Position numbers and translations under genes: made by a program
The notes under the pieces: model-generated
Seen by the model: the letters and a program-made list of their open reading frames with translations, nothing else
What the model was told of the DNA's origin: nothing
Database searches by the model: none
NCBI GenBank assembly: GCA_965200315.1
Contig: OZ241362.1
Span: 352,001 to 416,000 of the forward strand
DNA from: Candidatus Latescibacterota bacterium
Lineage (GTDB): Bacteria > Latescibacterota > UBA2968 > UBA8231
Direction of reading: 5' to 3'
DNA length: 64,000 bases
Shown: piece after piece, positions 58,049-64,000 of the stretch
Numbering within the stretch: position 1 is the stretch's first letter
How the letters are laid out: each line of letters starts with the position of its first letter

Positions 58049-58302
58049 CGCGCTTGCCTTTCCGCACGCAGGATCTTAAGAGGATCCCAAGGCAGTGCCT
58101 TTTCGCGCAAGCTGTCTTGGAGCGCCATTCCGTGTTCAATAGCTGCCTGTTTTCGCTGGTACTTGTATGTTGCGTCCCGTTGCTGGCAGTACGCCATAAA
58201 GGATAGGCGCAGGAGCTTGCTGCGGCTTACGCCTTCCTGCTGCGCAACTTGATCAATGCGTTCGAGCAAATCGTCCGGCAGCATGATATTTACGCGCGCC
58301 AT
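58045..58302 (-). CDS. Ribbon-helix-helix (CopG) antitoxin
   Basis: RVNIMLPDDLLERID..GVSRSKLLR. Confidence 0.82.
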   Translation of the reverse strand: MARVNIMLPDDLLERIDQVAQQEGVSRSKLLRLSFMAYCQQRDATYKYQRKQAAIEHGMALQDSLREKALPWDPLKILRAERQAR

Positions 58303-58343
58303 AAGCCCCTTTCCTTTTATCTGACAAGCGGAGGGAAGCTGCC

Positions 58344-58372
58344 AAATTAGCTTTGCTCCAACGGGCTGTCAA
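58344..58372 (-). promoter_or_regulatory. Putative sigma70 promoter of the TA operon
   Basis: Minus strand TTGACA-17 nt-TAATTT. Confidence 0.5.
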
Positions 58373-58430
58373 GACGGGCCTCTTGCCTTAGTTTGGGCCG
58401 GTCTTTAATGTTACAATGTGGGATTAGAGC

Positions 58431-59381
58431 ATGAAGAATCACCTAAAAATATTGTCGGGTTCAAGCAATCCAGACCTAGCCCAAGAGATATGCGAGTACT
58501 TGGCCATTGTGCCTACGCGCCGCCAGATCGTCCGTGCGCCGAACGACAATATAAAGGTCAAAATTGAGGAGAATGTGCGCGAAGACGACGTTTTTGTCAT
58601 CCAGACGTCAGCCCCTCCGGTCAATCATCACTTTGTTGAACTGCTGTTGCTAATTGACGCGCTCAAGTACGCCTCGTCGCGCCGGATTACGGCTGTGTTA
58701 CCCTATTATCCTTATGTACGAGCCGACAAAAAGGATGAGCCCCGCATTTCTATTAGTGCCCGCCTCGTCGCCGACTTGCTCCAAACGGCCGGGGCCGATC
58801 GGATCTTGACCATTACCTTGCACAGCCCGCAAATCGTGGCGTTCTCGCGCATTCCGGTTGACCAGCTATGGGCTACGAGCCTGCTGTGCAATTTTATGCG
58901 GATGAAAGACCTCAGCAACGCCGTAGTGGTGTCGCCCGACGTGGGAAGTGCCGATGAAGCCAGTGTGTATGCGCGCCGGCTCGGCTTGCCGCTGGCTATT
59001 ATGGATAAGCGCCGCCACGCGGACGACGAAAAGGTCGAAATCAAAAATATGATCGGCGATGTCGATGGCCGCGACGCCTTGCTCTTCGACGAGGAGGTGC
59101 TGACAGGAGGGTCCATGATGGAGTCGATACGGGTACTTAAAGAAAGGGGCGTACGCCGAATACTAGCCGGTTGTACGCACGGCGTTTTTTCCGGACAAGC
59201 CTTAGAGAGAATAGAGGCCTCCTCGGTGCAAGCATTCGCCACTACGAATACCATTCCCTTGCCGGCGGGCAAGCCGAGGAGCAAAATCGCCGTGCTGAGC
59301 GTCGCTCGGTTGTTGGGAGATGCGATCAAAGCTATTCACCACGGCGAATCAGTGAGCCGCTTGATTGAGTGGGAGGGATAG
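58431..59381 (+). CDS. prs: Ribose-phosphate pyrophosphokinase, paralog 1
   Basis: ENVRE, PYYPYVRADKK, VSPDVG, DKRR, CTHGVFS, TNTIP. Confidence 0.88.
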   Translation: MKNHLKILSGSSNPDLAQEICEYLAIVPTRRQIVRAPNDNIKVKIEENVREDDVFVIQTSAPPVNHHFVELLLLIDALKYASSRRITAVLPYYPYVRADKKDEPRISISARLVADLLQTAGADRILTITLHSPQIVAFSRIPVDQLWATSLLCNFMRMKDLSNAVVVSPDVGSADEASVYARRLGLPLAIMDKRRHADDEKVEIKNMIGDVDGRDALLFDEEVLTGGSMMESIRVLKERGVRRILAGCTHGVFSGQALERIEASSVQAFATTNTIPLPAGKPRSKIAVLSVARLLGDAIKAIHHGESVSRLIEWEG

Positions 59382-59384
59382 GCA

Positions 59385-59546
59385 ATGCCAAGTAAACTGA
59401 GTATTTTCTTTGAGTTATGGGATTTTATGAAGGTGCGCAAAAAGTGGTGGTTGGGGCCGATCTTTGCCACTTTGATTTTGTTGGGGTTGTTAATAGTCAC
59501 GACTCAAGGGTCGGCGGTGGCCCCCTTTATTTACGCACTGTTTTAA
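59385..59546 (+). CDS. DUF5989-like small membrane protein (53 aa)
   Basis: ELWDFMKVRKKWWLGP...QGSAVAPFIYALF; GGAGG RBS; below the ORF-track cutoff. Confidence 0.85.
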   Translation: MPSKLSIFFELWDFMKVRKKWWLGPIFATLILLGLLIVTTQGSAVAPFIYALF

Positions 59547-59570
59547 GTCCTATAACATGTTATATGTAAA

Positions 59571-60083
59571 ATGAATCTAAAAAAACTCATCCGCGAAATT
59601 CCCAATTTTCCGCAAGACGGCGTCTCCTACAAAGACATCACGCCGCTGCTCAAAGACCCGGCTGGTTTATCGGCCGCGGTCCAAACTATGCTCGCACCCT
59701 TTGTGGACGCCGACGTGGACCTAGTCGTCGGTATAGAGGCCCGCGGATTCGTGTTCGCAACGCCCATGGCACTCGAATTAGGATGCGGTTTTGTGCCAGT
59801 GCGCAAATTAGGCAAGCTACCGGCGGCCACGCTGCGCCGCGCTTACGCCCTCGAATACGGCGAAACAGCCTTAGAAATCCACGCCGATGCCATCACGCCT
59901 GGGCAAAGGGTGTTAGTCGTCGACGACGTTTTGGCCACCGGCGGGACCTTGGCGGCAACAGGTCAAGTGCTTAAAGAACTAGGAGCGGTTGTCGTGGGCA
60001 TCAGCGTGTTGGCCGAGTTGGGCTTTCTGTCAGGCCGCAGCCTCTTGGCCGGGTATAAATTGGAAAGTGCTATCGTCTATTGA
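59571..60083 (+). CDS. apt: Adenine phosphoribosyltransferase
   Basis: KDITPLL, EARGF, RKLGKLP, YALEYG, VDDVLATGGT. Confidence 0.96.
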   Translation: MNLKKLIREIPNFPQDGVSYKDITPLLKDPAGLSAAVQTMLAPFVDADVDLVVGIEARGFVFATPMALELGCGFVPVRKLGKLPAATLRRAYALEYGETALEIHADAITPGQRVLVVDDVLATGGTLAATGQVLKELGAVVVGISVLAELGFLSGRSLLAGYKLESAIVY

Positions 60084-60119
60084 AACCCGAACCCAAAACA
60101 ATGGAGATACTATACCTTC

Positions 60120-60788
60120 ATGTCGAGTGAACGCCGTAAATTGAGCAAGAGTGAACTCCGCGAAGATGAGTTCGTCGAATGGATCATGGAAGCGGTCGAA
60201 TACGTCAAAGAGCGCGCCCGGCTCTTTGTCGGTGGGGCCGTTGCCGTGATCGCGGTCATTGTGGCCATAGATTATTCTATTGAGTCCAAGGAAGCCGATC
60301 AGCTCAAGGCCGCGGCTCTTCTCGGCGATGTGCTGATGGTCGAACAGGGCGGAGAGCCGACCGAGGCAGTCCGCCTAGCCGAGGAGTTGGTGTCCTCCTA
60401 TGCTGGAACCCCGGCTGCGGCTCAAGGGACCATAATTTTGGCCAATCTCCACTACGCGCAGGGCCGTTATGTTGAGGCTCGGGGCTATTATCAGACCTAC
60501 TTGGACAACTACGAGCCGTTGGATGTGTTGGCCTATGCAGCCCAAAGCGGCTTGGGTGCCTGCCTCGAAGCCGAAGGGCAGCTTGTGGCTGCGGCTCAGC
60601 ACTACGAAACGTATGCAGCCGAGCAGGCCGGGACTATTCGCGAGGCCATGGCGCAGATGGAAGCAGCCCGCATATATGGGTTGGCCGGCGAAAGCGACAA
60701 GCAACAGGCCCTACTCGAACAGGTCAGTCGCACCTTCGCCCAGTACCCCATTGCCGCGCAAGCCCGAGCGGCACTAGCCATGTTCTAA
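60120..60788 (+). CDS. Membrane-anchored TPR protein (YfgM-like)
   Basis: ELREDEF, single TM, YAGTPAA, TPR helices. Confidence 0.75.
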   Translation: MSSERRKLSKSELREDEFVEWIMEAVEYVKERARLFVGGAVAVIAVIVAIDYSIESKEADQLKAAALLGDVLMVEQGGEPTEAVRLAEELVSSYAGTPAAAQGTIILANLHYAQGRYVEARGYYQTYLDNYEPLDVLAYAAQSGLGACLEAEGQLVAAAQHYETYAAEQAGTIREAMAQMEAARIYGLAGESDKQQALLEQVSRTFAQYPIAAQARAALAMF

Positions 60789-60796
60789 AGGACCTG

Positions 60797-61723
60797 TTGA
60801 TGGGCAGTGCTGATCTCAAGGTTTTCGCCGGGCGAAGCAATCCCGCATTGGCTGAAGGCATCTACCAGTCGCTGGCCATTGAGCCAGGGCGCATCGAGTT
60901 CATCGACTTTAGCAATGAAAATATAAAGGTGAAGATCTGCGAAAACGTGCGCGGCCGCGATGTGTTCTTCATTCAGACCTCCTGTCCGCCCGTTAGCGAC
61001 TACTTGATGGAGTTGCTCATAGCCCTCGACGCCTTAAAATACGCATCGGCTGGCCGCATCACCGCAGTATTGCCCTACTATCCGTATGCGCTGGCCGACA
61101 GCAAGGACGAGCCGAGAATTTCCGTGACCGGTCGCTTAGTGGCCGATCTGATCGCCGAGGCGGGAGCGGACCGCATTCTAACCATGACTTTACACAGCCC
61201 GCAGACTATGGGTTTTAGCCGGATTCTAGCGGACCAACTAAGCGGCGTCCCGGCAATATGCTCCTACTACGCCGACCTCGACCGAGATAACTTAGTCGCG
61301 GCCGCTCCGGACATCAGCCGCGCCAAGGTCACCGAAACCTACGCCCAGCGGTTGGGGTTGCCCCTCGTCGTCGTCGATCAAGCGGCCGGGGAAAACAGGG
61401 TCATTGGCGACGTAGCCGACCGAGATGTCGTATTCTTCGACGACGCGATCATTACTGGTGCTTCCATTCTCAAGGGAACTGCCGCGGTCAAGGAGCGCGG
61501 GGCGCGCAAAGTCTATGCCGGTTGCGTCCACGGCACCCTAACGAGGGAGAGGATAGCGCGGCTGGATCAATCCAACTTCCAAGCCTTAGCCATTACCGAT
61601 ACGATCCCCTTGCCGGCAGACGCCCGCACCCCTATGGTGCAAGTGTGCTCCGTAGCCTCCCTTTTTGCCAGCGCCATCCGCGCCATCCACGAAGAAACGT
61701 CCATCAGCGCACTGTTCAACTGA
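60797..61723 (+). CDS. Ribose-phosphate pyrophosphokinase-like paralog 2 (degenerate)
   Basis: FSNEN..ENVRGRD, PYYPY, DD..TG, TDTIP; lacks the KRR loop. Confidence 0.8.
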   Translation: MMGSADLKVFAGRSNPALAEGIYQSLAIEPGRIEFIDFSNENIKVKICENVRGRDVFFIQTSCPPVSDYLMELLIALDALKYASAGRITAVLPYYPYALADSKDEPRISVTGRLVADLIAEAGADRILTMTLHSPQTMGFSRILADQLSGVPAICSYYADLDRDNLVAAAPDISRAKVTETYAQRLGLPLVVVDQAAGENRVIGDVADRDVVFFDDAIITGASILKGTAAVKERGARKVYAGCVHGTLTRERIARLDQSNFQALAITDTIPLPADARTPMVQVCSVASLFASAIRAIHEETSISALFN

Positions 61724-61735
61724 GGCGGGTGCCCT

Positions 61736-62458
61736 TTGAAAATCGCAGTACTCGCCGATATTCACGCCAATCTCGAAGCGCTAGAGGCCGTATTGATCGC
61801 TGCGACCCACGCCGGTGCCGAGCGCATTATCTGCTTGGGGGACATCGTAGGATACGGTCCCGATCCTTTGGGCTGTATCTATCGGCTCAAGGAGGCAGAG
61901 GCCCAGATTGTATTGGGCAACCACGACCAAGCGATGCTAGAGCCAGTGTGCATTCAGTCTTTTAATCTGTTGGCCCGTTCTTCGCTCTACCAAGCCTACG
62001 AGATGTTGGGGGAGGAAGAACGCGACTTTTTGCGGCAAGGGGCCTTTCGGCACGTGGAGCGCAATGCGGCTTTGTCCCACGCCAACCCCGTTGAGCCTAA
62101 AGAATGGGAGCCTCTCCTCATGTACGATCGCGTCGCTTGGTGCATGAGCCACCTCAAGTGGTCCTTGGCTTTTGTCGGCCACACGCATGAGGCGCGCATT
62201 TACTGCAAGATGCGCGCCAATCCCATCCCGCTGACTTCGGCTACGGCCGCTGTAGGGAATCACCAATTCTTGGTCTCCGTCGGCAGCGTCGGCCAACCTC
62301 GCGATGGCGATTGGCGGTCGGCGTACACCCTGTGGGATACCGACGAACAATGGGTCGAACTCCAGCGCGTCGAATACCCGGTCAAGCTGACCCAGCAGAA
62401 GATCGACAACCTCGGCTACCCCAACTACCTAGCCGAGCGCCTCGCTAAAGGGGAGTAG
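61736..62458 (+). CDS. Calcineurin-like metallophosphoesterase
   Basis: DIHAN, GDIVGYG, GNHD, GHTH, GSVGQPRDG. Confidence 0.92.
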   Translation: MKIAVLADIHANLEALEAVLIAATHAGAERIICLGDIVGYGPDPLGCIYRLKEAEAQIVLGNHDQAMLEPVCIQSFNLLARSSLYQAYEMLGEEERDFLRQGAFRHVERNAALSHANPVEPKEWEPLLMYDRVAWCMSHLKWSLAFVGHTHEARIYCKMRANPIPLTSATAAVGNHQFLVSVGSVGQPRDGDWRSAYTLWDTDEQWVELQRVEYPVKLTQQKIDNLGYPNYLAERLAKGE

Positions 62459-62469
62459 GCCGGGGCTGG

Positions 62470-63381
62470 TTGCACATGCAGGGCCGCATCATCAGAGTTT
62501 CTGGGCTACAGTGCCTCGTCGAGGTTGAGCAAAGCCACTGGCAGTGCAAAATTAGGGGCCGTCTCAAGACCGGGGACCGCAAGACTAGCTCGCCGGTCGT
62601 CGCTGGCGACTGGGTTGAGGTCGTGCCAATAGCCGAACGGACGGGCGTCATCGAAGCGGTGCATACCCGCTCCTCCAAGTTCTCGCGTGGGGCCAGTGGA
62701 GCGCGTCCGTTTGAGCAGATCCTCTTCGTCAATATGGAGCAATTGGTCGTCGTCGTGGCTGCCAGTCAACCAAAGTGCCGCCGCGGATTTATCGACCGAG
62801 CGGTTGTCATGGCCATAAAGGGCAATCTCCAGCCGGTGGTCTGCATCAACAAGGTCGATTTAGTCTCCCAAGAAGCTGTGGACCTGCTGACCGCACCCTA
62901 CGAGGCGCTTGGTTATCCAATCTATCGCACCAGTGCTCTACGAGGCGATGGCATGGATGCGTTCAAAGCAGCCTTAAGCAACCGCAGCACCGCCGTGGTC
63001 GGCCAATCTGGAGTCGGCAAATCGACCTTGCTCAACGCCGTTGAGCCGGGGTTAGGACTAAAGACAAAAAAAATAATGAAGCGCCACGACCGAGGCCGGC
63101 ACACGACCACGGTCGTGCATTTGTTTAAGCTGCAACAAGGTGGGTATGTGGCCGATACACCAGGGGTTAAAGAGCTCCGCTTATGGGGGGTAAAATCTGC
63201 TGAACTAGCGGCGTATTATCCCGAATTAGAACCGCTACGCGGCCAGTGCCAATTTGGCGATTGCAGTCATTTGCACGAACCCGGTTGTTCAGTCCGGGCG
63301 GCGGTGGCGGCCGGCCGGATCGCGTCGGCGCGCTACGAAGGGTATCGACGTATCTTTGAAAGTTTGAGTAGCGATGAGTGA
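62470..63381 (+). CDS. rsgA: Ribosome small subunit-dependent GTPase A
   Basis: NKVD, GQSGVGKSTL, GRHTTT, DTPG, CQFGDCSHLHEPGC. Confidence 0.96.
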   Translation: MHMQGRIIRVSGLQCLVEVEQSHWQCKIRGRLKTGDRKTSSPVVAGDWVEVVPIAERTGVIEAVHTRSSKFSRGASGARPFEQILFVNMEQLVVVVAASQPKCRRGFIDRAVVMAIKGNLQPVVCINKVDLVSQEAVDLLTAPYEALGYPIYRTSALRGDGMDAFKAALSNRSTAVVGQSGVGKSTLLNAVEPGLGLKTKKIMKRHDRGRHTTTVVHLFKLQQGGYVADTPGVKELRLWGVKSAELAAYYPELEPLRGQCQFGDCSHLHEPGCSVRAAVAAGRIASARYEGYRRIFESLSSDE

Positions 63382-64000
63382 ACTGACCATTAAGAATTTG
63401 CTCGCCACCTACGGGCAGCAACTGCGGTTGAAGCTGATCGCCGGTGTTGAGGGCCTACAGCGGACCATCAACAACAGCGACATCCATCGCCCCGGCTTGG
63501 CTCTAACGGGTTTTGTCGAGCTGTTCACTTTGGATCAGGTACAGCTCTTGGGCAATACAGAAGCAGAATACTTGTGCACCTTGTCCGCATACGAGCGGCG
63601 GCAGGCGCTCAAAATCATATATCAATTTGATATTCCATGCGTGGTTTGGACCGGTAGGGGATGCATGTTTCCCGAGTTGCGACAGCTCGCCGATGAGTGC
63701 GCAGTACCACTGCTGGAGTCTGGATTCAACACGGCCGAATTCACTCATCTCATCCGTTTTTACCTCGACGAGGTGTTAGCACCCCAAGTGTCCATGCACG
63801 GGACGCTGGTCGATATCTCTGGGGTAGGGTTGCTTTTTCGCGGTCGCAGTGGTATTGGCAAAAGCGAGGTCGCCTTGGATTTGGTCGAGCGCGGACATCG
63901 GTTGGTGGCCGACGATGTGGTCATCATCAATCGCAAACCCCAAGGCATTTTGGTAGGCTGTAGCTCGGAAATGCTCCAAGACCACATCGAGATTCGCGGC
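63374..64000 (+). CDS. hprK: HPr kinase/phosphorylase (3' truncated by window edge)
   Basis: Own translation from ATG 63374: IHRPGLALTGF, LGNTE, HGTLVD, GRSGIGKSE.ALDLVERGHRLVADD. Confidence 0.95.
   Translation, partial: MSELTIKNLLATYGQQLRLKLIAGVEGLQRTINNSDIHRPGLALTGFVELFTLDQVQLLGNTEAEYLCTLSAYERRQALKIIYQFDIPCVVWTGRGCMFPELRQLADECAVPLLESGFNTAEFTHLIRFYLDEVLAPQVSMHGTLVDISGVGLLFRGRSGIGKSEVALDLVERGHRLVADDVVIINRKPQGILVGCSSEMLQDHIEIRG

Noticed and set aside
1-64000. CRISPR array, DGR/retron or prophage
   Set aside because: No regularly spaced repeats, reverse transcriptase, cas or phage structural genes recognised

Overview
GC-rich bacterial chromosomal window with about 58 CDSs and 3 tRNAs; no rRNA, CRISPR array or prophage. 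The gene content suggests an uncultured FCB-related lineage such as Latescibacterota (inference only). Most genes are housekeeping or metabolic: ftsH, gdhA, cysC, pyrH, purB, mreBC, ychF, thrC, metB, two prs, apt, rsgA, hprK. Highlights: (1) a translationally coupled three-gene membrane system (16013-25799) of a DUF6785-like polytopic protein, a ~1470-aa FtsX/MacB-type permease with a catalytically dead M28-fold (nicastrin/nicalin-like) ectodomain, and an OPT-like protein with zinc-finger, PDZ-like and Ca-binding inserts; there is no ATPase and an intact peptidase lies divergently; (2) directly downstream, a J-domain/YbjN/PspA/amine oxidase/spermidine synthase/DUF4178/lipoprotein/DUF350 module; (3) a 384-bp protein-less IS200/IS605-type element with a TnpB-type guide-RNA scaffold, inserted between the RBS and ATG of an McrBC operon and supplying a replacement RBS; (4) a decayed microcompartment locus, a pair of divergent Prs paralogs, a probable CTG start for pyrH, and a candidate sRNA. 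Family calls come from motif recognition by eye; no database searches were run.
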